Source: Perkinsus chesapeaki ATCC PRA-425
Taxonomy: Eukaryota > Protista > Perkinsozoa
Assembly: GCA_013115145.1 (NCBI GenBank)
Contig: JAAPAO010000085.1
Span: forward strand, 1-64,000
Direction of reading: 5' to 3'
Length of the DNA: 64,000 nt
Part shown: one piece after another, positions 23,301-36,400 of the stretch
Numbering within the stretch: position 1 is the first letter of the stretch
Layout: every line of letters begins with the position of its first letter
Position numbers and translations under genes: made by a program
Notes under the pieces: generated by a model
Told to the model about the DNA's origin: nothing
The model's input: the letters and a program-made list of their open reading frames with translations, nothing else
Database searches by the model: none

Positions 23301-23647
23301 TAGCTGACCATTGCATTGTTCTTGGCCTAGAACCCATTGACAGTAACCATTATCGCTCCCCTTCACCTGAGAATGTGGTAATATGAAGATATTAAAGTGT
23401 CGTACTAGACGACGAAGTAAAGGATATGATAGGATACATCCTAATGAGCGATGATGGATGTGATGATGTTGTTGAATTAACATTATGAATTTGACATAAG
23501 GCAACTGATGATCACCTCTTCAAAGGTCTTCCCATTATGTTTCCCAAATGTTATTCTCATCGATCCATCAGCAGCGGCTGTCGTTGTTGTCCCCATAGAT
23601 TGGGTTCGTATGATAGATGATCCTCCAGTAGAGGATCTCTGCATCAT
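20337..23647 (-). CDS. SMARCAL1: SNF2-family annealing helicase, SMARCAL1/ZRANB3-like, multi-exon
   Basis: [65 protein letters not shown]...[36 protein letters not shown] and [12 protein letters not shown]. The 5' exon assignment is less certain. Confidence 0.85.
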
Positions 23648-23790
23648 TAACCAAAGCAGTAGTGATGGTTGGTTGTTGTTGTGGTAAGGTGATGTGTATC
23701 TTGCGCACTTGATATTCTTTAGCTTGATCGATTGTTACCTTCTTGCCGAGTTTGTATTTGGAAATCTCTCTCCTGCCCCTTGGAGCAAAG
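23648..23790. promoter_or_regulatory. Putative bidirectional promoter (SMARCAL1 / RPLP2 head-to-head)
   Basis: Divergent ATGs at about 23647 (-) and 23791 (+), about 140 bp apart. Confidence 0.35.
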
Positions 23791-24299
23791 ATGAAGTACG
23801 CAGCAGCCTACCTGATGTCGGTCTTGGCCGGCAATGACGAGCCTACTGAGCAGGATGTCAAGGATATCCTTGCTTCCGTTAACGCCGAGTGTGATGACGA
23901 GGTAATAAGAAGGGCAAAACCTGCCGCCGCGCCGTTGATCGATTTCATCAGTGCTCCTGTTTTGACCTTATTTGTATCTTTCCCTGTTCAACCTGAGATT
24001 CCTGTTATATAATATCATTTCTAATCAGATGCTCGCCAAGTTTTTCGCTCAAATCCAGGGCAAGAACGTCCACGAGTTGATCGCCACTGGCCTCACCAAG
24101 CTCGGCTCTGTCGCCGCCGCTGGTGCCCGCCCCGCCGCTGCTGGCGCCGGTAATAAATTCTTTCGAGTGCGGTGGTATAGAGTATCTTTATCGATTAGGT
24201 GCCGCCGCTGGTGGTGATGATGCCGCCGCTGCTGAGGAAGCCAAGCCTGTAGAGGAAGAGGAGGAGGAAGAGGAGATGGATTTCGATCTCTTTGACTAA
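23791..24299 (+). CDS. RPLP2: 60S acidic ribosomal protein P2, 3 exons
   Basis: MKYAAAYLMSVLAGNDEPTEQDVKDILASVNAECDDE|MLAKFFAQIQGKNVHELIATGLTKLGSV...|...[15 protein letters not shown] stop, with the canonical acidic P-protein tail. Confidence 0.95.
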
Positions 24300-24481
24300 A
24301 TCCTTGTTTGATGGCTGCAATCGGTTGTCGTCGTTAACTATTAACATCCTTGGTTCCGAGAGGCTATCTCTTTATGTGTTTAGTTAATATAGTATTAATA
24401 GAAATAATATGATGATAAATGGATAAATAGTTGTTGTGTGGTCGTCATTAGTGACGCCTGTGTTGTTGTTATCGGCTCTAT

Positions 24482-27400
24482 ATGGCACCAATAGACCGAA
24501 GGCTATATCTTGATCAACTTAAAGAGTTAGACCTACATAAAGAAGGAACACCACAGGAGGATGATAACCAGCACCCCTCATTAGGGCTCGATCCCCGTGA
24601 AGATTCAAAACTCAGACGGCAATGTCTACCACCAGCTGAGGCTAAAGCAGCTGATGTAAGTGTGTGTTGGGATAGAGGGGGTTACTATGGTGATGTTAGG
24701 AGCTGGAAGATGCACTTAGACACTTGAAATTGGAATCAGAGGGGTCATGCCGTGAAGTATTGGATTTAATGTGGCAACCTAGATTTAGAGAATGGCATTG
24801 GTTGGATGATGAGAGTGATGGTTATCGTGGTAGAAGGGGTAATGGTATAGAAGATGATAGATATGCTGAGACCAATTATGATGGTTTATGTTGGGCTGGT
24901 GTATTCGACGCTATGGATGCTGTTATTGCACAATACATGAACAATACGCCACCAGACCTTTTATTATTTATGGTAGGTTATAACAGTGGATGATGATAGG
25001 TGAAGTAGTGCTGCTGCTGTTGTAGGGGACGGAGGTTACTCTAGTTGATGAGGTTATTATAGAGCTCCTACGATGGTCTAAAATAGTATTAGTTAGCAAC
25101 TCACAGGCCACGTTATTGTAATAATAAGGGAGGAGGTTTAATGGATGTTAAATGGGCTGATGCTTGGATAGATACAACTCATTCGATCGGATAATGTCAT
25201 TGTTGGACAGCCCTCATCCCAGGATTATAGTAGCCGCTTTAGATGTGTTATGGAATTACAACTATTCTACTACTAATATTTTCAAACGTAATAATAGCCT
25301 CCTCCTTATAATGAACAAGAGTGACGGTGGTAATAGTAGGTGTGGTGCCAGTAGCAAATACTCAAACAACATCAATGACTGAGAAGATACAGATGGGGAC
25401 TAGAATGAGGCTTAGTTGGTTAACGGAGGGATGGGAGAATTACAACCCAAGTTATGATATCCTGTGCTGTTGTAGTCAAGCAGCAGCAGCAGCAGGAACC
25501 AAGTTAACGAAGTCGACAAATGATATGGTAGAATGGGAGGGGGTAGTAGCGATGTTGATGATGACGGTGTGTTACTTTTAGCCGCCTCAATTGGATCCAC
25601 AAATTGTGAGGTCGACAGCTATGTCACTTCCTAAGAGCATTGACTTCATATTTGATTATCAACAACCAATAACGCATGAGATGAAGTCATTACATTGTAC
25701 CTTATCAAAGGGGCAACAGGGGATAGACGCCGCGAATGAACTGATGGAAAAACTGCAAAATACTGTTACTGAGGAAACTGTATTGACGATGCTACGATAC
25801 AGGCTCCGACACTCGTTGGCACTCTTAAAGGGTGACAGCGATGTTATGTTACTTTTCACAGCCATACGCCTATGTACGGTGGATATTACATTACAAATCA
25901 AACCACATCATACACCACCGCCGTGTGGTAATATGGGATTACAAAACAACACATCTAGAGGGGATGGAACACAACAACAACGACCGCAGCAGCAACAGCA
26001 GCCAGCATTGGGCTGGGGACCTTCTGGGATTGGTAGTGTACACCATTTGGTGCGCGTCATACCATCATAACCTACTCTAATCAGGTAGTGGATTCCTTCA
26101 TATGTACCTACAAACCTATCCAGCATTCCTTGGCCAGTTAGCAGCACTCCCCTTCTCTGCTGTATCCTATGCTGAAATGGTTAAAGGTGTATCTGTGTCA
26201 CGGACATTACCAATAGAAGTTGAGACAGTGTTATTATGGTGTTATCGTTTAATGAGTACAGTATTGATGGAAGCTACATTATTAGGAGCTGGAGGACAAC
26301 AGTTGGTTGTTGGTAACAATGGGATATAGTTGGCTCGACAGAGCCATAAAATACGCACGCTTTGATAAATTCAACATTTTTGACGAAATTGCGGTCCTTG
26401 ACGGAATGGTGGTATGTGTTACAGTAGGGATAAGGGTTCACCATTCGTATCATTGGCAATTGTTAACTTGAACTATCTAGGACTCTGCCTCTATTGTTGT
26501 TGTCAGCACTGGCATCATCATCTAATTTGGGATATATGACCAAGATGATCCAAGGATCGAGGGATAGGCTGATAAACGCATTAACGGAGCAACCGCCGGC
26601 TGTGGAGGGCAGCGCACTAGCACCACCTCAGCAACAGCAGCAGCCAAGATTTACCCAAAGCTTAACAGTATGCAGTGAATGTATTGATGTTATGACTAAT
26701 CTAATAACAGCTATGCAATATCCTAATATGTTGGTAACAGTAGGCAACATGTCTATGGTAATAATAATAACTACCGCCCACTACTACTACAGTTATAGAT
26801 ACTAGACTTCCTTATACGATTATCAACTCATGAAGTGCCATTAGATTGGCATCATAATACAGTATTGGCATTGGTTAGTTGCTGCAAGTGCCTTGAGATA
26901 GCATTGGAGTATTCCCCCAGCTGTTTTGGTATATTATTCAGAGATCTCGGTGGCCTTGATAAGTAGAACTACTACCACCACCACCACCTGCTGAGGGTCT
27001 TATCTCTTTCTTGTTAGATTGTTGGATGTGGTGGCATCTTTATCGAAGGATTGTTATGATTGTTGGAAGTCGGCCGATAACACACCTGATGGTGTTGCTG
27101 GAGGAGAGGACTATGAGAAGATGCTCCTACTCTCGAATAGACGTAATAACCTTAGTAGTAGCATACAGGTTGGGGTGTACAGTGGGATGATGATGCAGGT
27201 AATGAACTGCAAGCAGTGCTGAATCTATTGAAGACATCGGTACATAATATAGATCCAGGAGTGGGAATGAACCTTAATGAGGCGCTTAGTGGACATGAAG
27301 TTGATGAGGTAATGGCAAGGAGGCAATAGTATGGGGTGATGGAGGTGTTGTGATATTTAGGGTGGAGATGGTCTAACAAGTGATGCTATAAGACGAAGGA

Positions 27401-30400
27401 AGGAAGGCTTTCAGAAGGTTATGGTTAGATTGTATGGTGATGGTGCTATGGCTATTGGTGCTCAGAATGTAGGGTATCTATCTCAACTAATGCATTATAT
27501 ATGCGATAATGATCCTATTATAATACCAACAGTTCTCGGTCCTAATGGTGAGCTTTTGAAGGCAGTCGCTAAGTGTCTGTCACCAGTACGAAGCTCGAGT
27601 TTTGCCCTCGGATGGACATCTACAGCATTGTCGAGCTTTTCTTTACATAACAGAGGAGCGGAGCTACTACGAGACCTGCCAAATGAGGATAACCCATTAA
27701 CATTGTTGGTGCGGATGGTAATGTCTGGTCAAGGAGCGGGGGTTAGGCCAATATCCCCGCTGGCTGAAAAGGTCACTTCTGATCTACCGATGATGTTGAG
27801 TCAATCACTTGAGGATATAGTTCGTAATCGTAATGAGTTGGCTAAACCTGTGGTGGAAGCAGTCTTTGCTGGGTTACAAGAGTTGATGGATTGGGCTGAT
27901 GATGATTGGAATAGAAATCATAAGAGAAGTGGTCTATTGAGTGCTAAGTTGGCACCGGCTTGTAGGCTGCTCACATCGTTACTGCAGACGCACTCATCGA
28001 TGGCAAAGCTATTGGTGATGACAGATGGTAAAGATGAAGCGAAGTCGGCTAAACCTGGTCAATCACTTTGTGATAAATTGATGAAGTTGGCAACTCATCC
28101 ATCATTACCTAAAGGCTCGACTATACTAGCACCAGTTGTTATGAGTGGTGCCAACCCTCCTACTGCCCAGACCCCACCATCACCATCACCGCAGCAGCAG
28201 CAGCAGCAGTCGAATCCACATTACCATCCTATAGTGGCCACCTTTAGAGCTTTGGAGAATGCATTCTATAACAATCTAAGTAATACCAAGAAGGGCAATA
28301 ATGTGCGCATTGAGTGTCCGACAACAGCAACTGCTGCTGCTGCTGTTCACTTTCGACAATTTCTCATGCCTCTCTAAGCTACATCTGTTGGACCTTCTCT
28401 CATAGCTATCAGAGCTGCTGTTTGATTGTTATATCTCTTCCTCAGGTCCAAGCCATGTCGGTGGTTCTTCTTCTTCATCCTCCCCATCCAATGAGCTCAA
28501 CACTGGGGATTGCCTCCGTCCAGTAGCAAGCCTGGTGGTAGATGATGCTGAGAAGCTACATACACAACATGATAGTGGCAGCAGCACCAGCATGTTGGAG
28601 GTGATGAGATCTTTAGCGTTTGGGCTGAAGGTCTTTGGTCTGGTTCATACGCCTGTTAAGGAGAATGCTGGAGGATTGTTTGGTAATTCATCATCAACAG
28701 GAGGAGGGAGTTCCTCTACTAGAGACTACCTGAGCTACAGTCTTCTAGCTGTCACTGACACTGTGTGTAAGTATGCACCACAGCTACTAGAGGAGATTTC
28801 CCTGGCAAAGGAGGATGAGTACGGGGGAACTGATATAACATTGAAGCTCAACTCGCCGCCTAGTCAAGTTAGACGTTCACGGTTTATGAGGGATACTATT
28901 GATTGGAGGAAGGCAGTGGAGATGATGAGCGGTGCATCCTCTGGTGGTGAAGAGGAGGAGGATGTAGGGCAGTTAAGGTGGACATTGTGGAAAGTGGTGA
29001 AACAGTTTATTGAGGCAGTGGCGAAGTTGGCCAATACCCCAAGTGGAAGGATTAAGAAGGTTCATGATATGTTCTTTAGCAGTCTAAGCCAAAAACAAAT
29101 ATCCAATGCTGCTAGGATTGCCTCTGTATTATTGAGCAATGCCTTTATCGATATGACCAAGAGATATCACACCCTCCAGGGTAAGGCAGCACTGTCACCA
29201 TCATCATCAGGGTTGGCTAGTCGAGCTAAGAAGAGGTAAGGAGGACTCGCTGGCTGGTTGGGATTGGCTGGATGATGATGGTCATGGTTATCAGGTTTAT
29301 AACGGAGATGTTTGATCTGTTGGTTAAGTGTCACGTGGAGGATAGGAGTCATCATACTAGGATATTATCGATTGATGCGATGTTTAAGGTAAATAAGGGG
29401 AGGCTGAGAGCTGATGATGTTATATGTTAGATGGGAGGATTCGGCAAGGAGTTTACTGATATGATTGTGGATATATCAAGGGGTAAAATGCCTTGCATGG
29501 GGTTCGAACTCAGGACCTTTGTCGTCAGATCCCTTGACTGATGAGACACTATCAGCTTCTGTGTTGGGCTACTGTGAAAGGATCACTTCGATAAAGAGGA
29601 TGGAGAACTCTAGTCTCACTCAACCATCTCTCTTCCCTACCATCGATAAGAGCGCCTCTTTGGGCCTTCAGAGCTTCCTTAAAGTTGATGGCTATAAGTT
29701 GGTGAGCTCCCTTCAAGTGAGGCTGTCATCCGCATTATTACCATTATGGAGAGATGATGCATGGTTGGCTAGGGAGTCCCCTCCGACAGATAAGGAGGAA
29801 GATGCCAAGCAACAGCAGCAGCAGCCGCAGCCGCAGCAGCAGTCGCGGTATGTGATGTCTGCTAGGGCATGTGGTTCAATGGTTAAACTATTCACACATG
29901 TTGTTGAACCAGACTCGAGAGTTATTGATATTACACCAGCCACTACAGCAGCAACACCTTCACCAGGAGGGGAAGAGACCCATCCTGCAGAGGCACACAT
30001 TGCTGAGATGTTAAGGGGTGCTGTAGTTAGACGCTTACCTCAGGGAGGAACTACGCCCGTAAACACTGCTGAAGCTGGATCCCCTAAGGAAACAACTGAT
30101 GGTAGCGGCGGTGCTGGCGGGGATCCTAACATTGGCCTCGATAACTCATCAGCTGCACATTATGCGCAAAAGAATAACTTTATAGCGGTACTGGAGGATA
30201 GGGTGACCGGCTTGAAGGGTGGAGGAGAGGGGCAAGCTGCTGTATTGGATTTACCAACAAAACTTACACCAAGTGAAGTTAGAAGGAATGCTGAGGATGT
30301 TGGCAAGGACTTTATATCTCGATGTGTAAATGTATCGAAGCTGGGCGGACAGCCTGGACATTGTGCTGATGTTATTGCTAGAGTTGCACAAAACTGCAAT

Positions 30401-33400
30401 AGGGTTAGACTTGGGGTAACTGACAGAGAGCAAGAGGAGGAGTTTAGGGAAGATGAAGTAACACGAGTCCAGATACATATTAGAAACCTCCTACATGTTG
30501 TGGAGGTAGTGGGTGATGAGTTTATTAAAGAGATCAATACTGCGGCTGATGATGATGATGGCGGCGGCGGTGAGAAGTCACCAGATGCTTTACAGTGTCT
30601 GGCACATGTATTGGCGTATTTGGTGAACTCTACAGAGAGGGTGAGGGCTACATTATGGAAGGGTCATAAGGCTGATAGGATAATAGAAGGGTTATGTCAT
30701 TACTGTGAAGAGAGGGTAAAGGGTAATGATGATGATAGAATGATGGATGCTGCATTATGGAAGGATATGATGATGGATGAGGCAACGATGCTGGGAGCAA
30801 CTCCTGAAGGGCCGGTTAAAGAGGACCAACAACAACAGCAGCAGCCGATGTTACCTAGTTGGTTGACAGAAGCCGTCCTTGTCATTGAAGGGCTTTGTGA
30901 AGAGCCGTATCTTTACACTGGCACATGGGACGCCCTTCAGATAAGGCTGTTATCCTCGGTTATGAGAGTGCTTACTGCATACGAGGAGAATCGTGGGCCA
31001 CCTGAAGATGGTAGTCAGAAGCTGGTTGGAGTTATGGTACCTTCACCAGACCTCACCAGAGCAGCATTGGAGGTCATGTCATTGTTGGTTAACAGGGAGG
31101 TAAGCACCACCACCACCAAGTGCTGCTGCTGTTCGATGCGGGAACTCTTATCTGCTTCAGGCAAACTGTGTGGCAGTATTCGCCACCTCGCCAGGAAGTC
31201 TGATGTCGTTGTTGTGTCTGAGGCGTGCATCCTCTTATCCAGAGATAACCACTATGTTGGCCAGCATACTATCAAAGCTGTTGGAGAACAAACAGTTTAT
31301 AGCGACGGTGATGGACTTGGCATTGATGCAGCTTAGTAGGGAAAATGAGAAGGATAAGAAGATGAGAGGCGGCAAGAAGGGAGGAACTAAGAAGATACAT
31401 CATCATGATCATCATACAGCCACTGAAGGACAGTAATTAGCCCCTCTTAACCTTATCTAGAGTATTATTATTCAGGGCCAATGGTGAGCAGTCCAGTGGT
31501 GGTGGTGCTCAATCATCTAAAGGGGTAGAGGTCGATGGTCATCTGGCATACAAGCTATCGGATATCCTGGCCAATCCTATGTTGAGAAGTCTCATGTTAA
31601 AGGATCCTCATACTGTACAGGAAGTCCTCCTTAAGGTAAAGCATTATCCTCGGGTATTAGTTGTATATTAGTGTGGTATAGGACCTGGTCAAGAAGAAGA
31701 AGAGGGGAGCTGTTGGAAGCAGTACATCTAGGGATGATGACGAGGATGAAGAAGGGGATGGGGGACATAAGAGTACTGTTATGGTTGCTTTGGCTAAAGG
31801 AGTTAAGGAAGGCTTTCGAAAAAGGTAAGGGTATCTTAGTTGTTACTGTTGTTGTCCCTATCTTCACTATTCAGTGATGGTAGGGCAGCCACTGCTTATC
31901 TATCTGGTGTCAACACTGCCAACTTCCCATACTCCATCCTCACTCTATCTGCTGAGTTCTTATTAAGAGCACTTGACCTTCTGTCATCCATAAGGAGGAG
32001 GAAGAAGTCCGATTGCCATTACCCCTTGGCCATATCTGTTGAAGCTGCTATGTACTACCATCACCACCACTGCCTCATACTCGACATCCAGTCTCTTTTA
32101 GGTACTTCTTTGATACTTTGGTGAGTAAAATACAATTCGCTGGAGCTAGCAAGGCTACAGCCGAGCAATCGGCTGGTTCTATTTCACTGACACCTCTAGC
32201 TACATCGAGGATGCTGTTGAATAAACCCATTCGGATTGAAGACTTCATCATCACAACCGTTGGTGATAAGTTATCATCCCTTCCTGTCGGTGGTAACTGT
32301 AATGGGCCTAATAACCGTGGTGGCAGCAGCAGCAGCAGTTTAAAGTCAGCCTTCCATCTCATATCTGGCTGCTGGACTCAGCTATGTGCATCATGTACAC
32401 CTGATTATACAGCAGATGAAGAAGAGGCTGAGGATAGGGTTAGGGTGTTGGAATGGTATAAAGGTCTAGCACAAAGACATATGCATGAACCATTCATTAA
32501 GTACAGTCATGCAGCTAAGACCAGCAACAACTCTACCACTGATGAAGAAGAAGAAGAAGAAGAAGAGCTTTCCTGGGTTATGTCAACTTATCGTCGCTTT
32601 GCTATACTTTATGCTTTTCTATTGAAAGTTTCCACGATGGATGCAGTTGATGAAGTATTGGGTAAAGATGAGAGGCAACAGCTCACTGAAAACTGCAATG
32701 AGGTGTTGGGATCGATAATGCTCCACAGGTAGTAAATAACGCCGATCTAGGATGGCAGCAGCTTATTTGGTGCTTATATTCTCATCATCAGACCTTACTC
32801 TGCTGACCTATCTGAGTCAGTCTTGGCTTGTATGGAGATATTAACACGTCCACCTCGGTTACAAAATGCAGGTGGGAAGAAGAAAACTGAAGTGGATGAT
32901 AATATAGAAGAGGAGGAGGATGATGAAGGTAATGAAGATAGGCCTCGGTAGTACCGCATCCACCGACTGTGGTAGATTCCTCTCCGAGTGTAATATACCA
33001 CTTTGGGCCACCAGCGGGGTTCCTGTTGGATGATGAGGACTCGGAAGAGGATGATGATGATGATGATGAGTTGATACCAACAATGATAGTAGAGCCTGTT
33101 ATTGGTGATGATGAAGAGGAGGGGGATGGTCAAGCTGATGAAGATGGTGCTGGAGGGGAATCGGGTCAACATGATGATGATGACCATGAAGGAGAGGATA
33201 ATGATGATGATGAAGAGGGAGATTGGGGTGATGATGATGAAGGTAGGTGGCTGTTGCTGCTGCTGGTGGGAGAGTGTTGTCTCACATCCTTCGCTATTTA
33301 GTGTATGATCGCCTTGGTGAGGAGGATGAGGATGCTCTGCTGGATGAGCTAGAGGATGACGATGAAGACGACGACGAGCAGGAGATGATACTTCAAGAGT

Positions 33401-36400
33401 CGGAGATCCATCCAGCGGAGGCACAGCCAGATGAGTTGGAGGAAGAGAGGGATCTTCAGTTGGAGAGAGAGCAGATGGAGAACATAGACCCTGATGATAT
33501 GGAAGAAGAGGATGATGATGATGATGGTAGCAGTAATGATGATAGTGAAGATGATGAGGAGGAGGGTGATGAAGATGTGGATGATGGTGATGTGATGGAT
33601 GTATTGAGAGATGTAAAATATGTAACAGGTTGAACGATACATGATTCTTCATAGGTTGTAATGGGAGCTACTGCTTCACCTCATCCCAGCACCTCAGCAG
33701 CAGCACCAGACAATTCAGCTGGAGAGGTGAGTGACGTACAAGTGTAGAGCTCTGATGAGTATTTTATTAGGCATCAACCCGTGATCAGCAACAACAGGAG
33801 GCTCTCCCTCATGGGCCATCTGATACTCCTCAAGAGAATGATGGGGGAGGGGATCATAGTACCGGAAGAGGAAGCAGCAGCAGTAGTAGTGATACTGGAA
33901 GTAGTAGCTTTGATGATGAGGACGACGGTGAGGTCGGCGGGGAGGATGAGGATGATGATGATGATGATGTTATACTGGAGGTAACCATTATTGCCATTCA
34001 TTATAGCCGATGGTTATGTTGTATGGTTAGTTCGATGATGGTCATCATCAACATGATGATGATCCACATGAAGATGATATGATGGATGAAGATGAGAGCA
34101 GCTCAGATGATGATGAAGATGATGATGAGGAAGGAGAGGGCAGTGATGATGATGACGATGACGCCTTCCCTATGTTTGGCTTTGATGGTGGTGAAATAGC
34201 ACCACATAGAGCTCGTCGTAGAAGAGGCGGTGGTGAGGATGGCCTTATGCTTCCCTTACTAGAGGATGGCCCCGGCAGAGTAACAGACAACTACCTGTAT
34301 CAACAAGCATGTCTCTCTTCTCTCAGATGTTTCGCATTCGGGAGCTGGGTCCCCGTCGACGAGCCGGCCTTGGAGCTGTTGCTGGTGGTGGACAAGGATC
34401 CTCTGCTGATAGAGGCGGAATTGTTAACCCCAATGGAGTGCCTCCGAGCGCCGTGCTTAGTGAACAGGTGATGATGATGCCACATGAGCTCCAGCCACTG
34501 TACACTTCAACTTGTCCCTTTCAGAGTTTACTCTTACCTAAGCCTCCTCGAAAGGTCTGGAGCTTCACCGACCCAGATGATGGTGTAGACAAGCCGGGTG
34601 GAAGATATTCAGCAGTTCATCCCTTCTTCGAGGGACGTCAAAATAACAGAATGCCCCCGTTGGTGTCGAGACCGCATGGCGACCCGAGCAGTTATCCTGC
34701 CACCGAGTTTGGTGAAGATACAGTTGATGTTATTTCTGGAGTCATAGAGCCCCCTAGCAGCCGAGCACTGGTTAATCTATTATGTAATAGAGTACAGACA
34801 GCAGTGGCAGAGGGATTGAGGGAAGAGACGCCTATCGAGGCTCCCACTGCTACTACACCAAAGCCGGGTAAAAGGAAAAGTGTTGCACAAGATGGGGAGA
34901 GGACACCAGCAACTGCTCCTGCCCTACCACCAAAGAAGAAGGCTAGACGAGGATCATCAAGAAGTAGGCGTAGTAGAGGACATGAGGGACGACAACAACA
35001 AGAGCAGCAGCAGCGGGGTACACCAGTTGCTGCAGCGGCATCTGCACCTGTTATGGACGAAGGAACACAGACTGCTGATACAACGGCAGAGATACCGCCT
35101 CCCACCACTGCAGCTGGGGGAAGTGAAGGGGCACCTGTTGATAGTGAGGATACTCAGACAGGGAATGGGACGGCGGCCCCAGCAGCAGAAGCAGCAGAGG
35201 GAGGAGGGAGTGGGAGTGCTGCTGCTGCATCATCATCATCATCATCACCAGCTGCTGCACCTGCTGCTGCTGAGGGGGTTGATACCAGTCAATATCCTCA
35301 AGCTTGTATTGATGCTGCTAACAGGATGAGAGTTCCGATTGCAGAAGTTGTTAGAAGGTCTGGCATTGACTTATCAGTCTTGGTTGAGCTCCCTCCTGAT
35401 CTACAACGTGAAGCTATATTTAATGCTATTGGAGAGATGGATGATGCTGTTCTTGGCGAACTGCGTATTCAATATAGACGAGAGAATCCCCAAACTGATA
35501 ATAACCACAACAACCAGGATGAGCACGTAACAAATACTACAGCCTTATAGGCTTAATCTTATTGTTAGGGTGATGGTGGTGGACTTGCTGCTGCTGCTGG
35601 TTTAAACGATGCTAATGAGACCGCTGAGTTCCTCAATGCTTTACCACCAGACTTGAGGAGAGATGCCCTCATATCTATGCAGTTTGACGACCCAGGCTTG
35701 GTGGAGTCATTGCCGGTGGAGATGAGAGTAAGTCGACTTCCATGATACAGGAGACATCACCGAGTTCTACTCGATAGGCTGAAGCTTTGGCGGCGAGTCA
35801 GCAGCAAGCCCGTCGTCAGAGGAGAGTGGCTGCTGCCGCAGCGCAGATTGGAAGGCCTCGAAGGGGTCTATCTAACACGTCCCGCCTCGGTGGGAGTAGA
35901 AGTGCCCAACAACGCCAAGCCGAGGAGCAATCAAGAAGGCTTCGTGCAATGGGAGACAGCATTCGAGGTATCCCAAGTCCAGATAACATTGAAGATTTGA
36001 ATAATGGTTCCTATTCAGGGTCAGTTGATAACATAATGCACTCAACAACAGCATCATCATCATCTGATGTTGGTGGTGGTGGCGGTGCTTCAGCAGCAGC
36101 AGCGCCTCGACGGATAGGAGCCTATCTTAATAATCCCTTCCTTGACGAACGAATCGGAGGAGGAGAGGCCATTACTTTCGATGACACCAACCCTGATGAT
36201 GGTGCTCTGGTAGTTGGGCGACGGTTTGATAACTTCGCTCAAAGGCTTACCAGTGGAAGTAGAGGCCATCAACAGCTAGCTGCCATTATAAGGGAGTTTG
36301 GTAAGTGCGATCCTGCCCCGCTACTGATGATGCTTCATGGCTGTTATTTCAGAGTCATTAGCTAGCAGTAATGATACGTTCCTGTTTGAAGCCAATAGAG

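Noticed and set aside
32795-33652. 285 aa His-rich antisense ORF and other antisense ORFs within 25-41 kb
   Set aside because: Shadows of GAT/GAG repeats in the HECT ligase gene.
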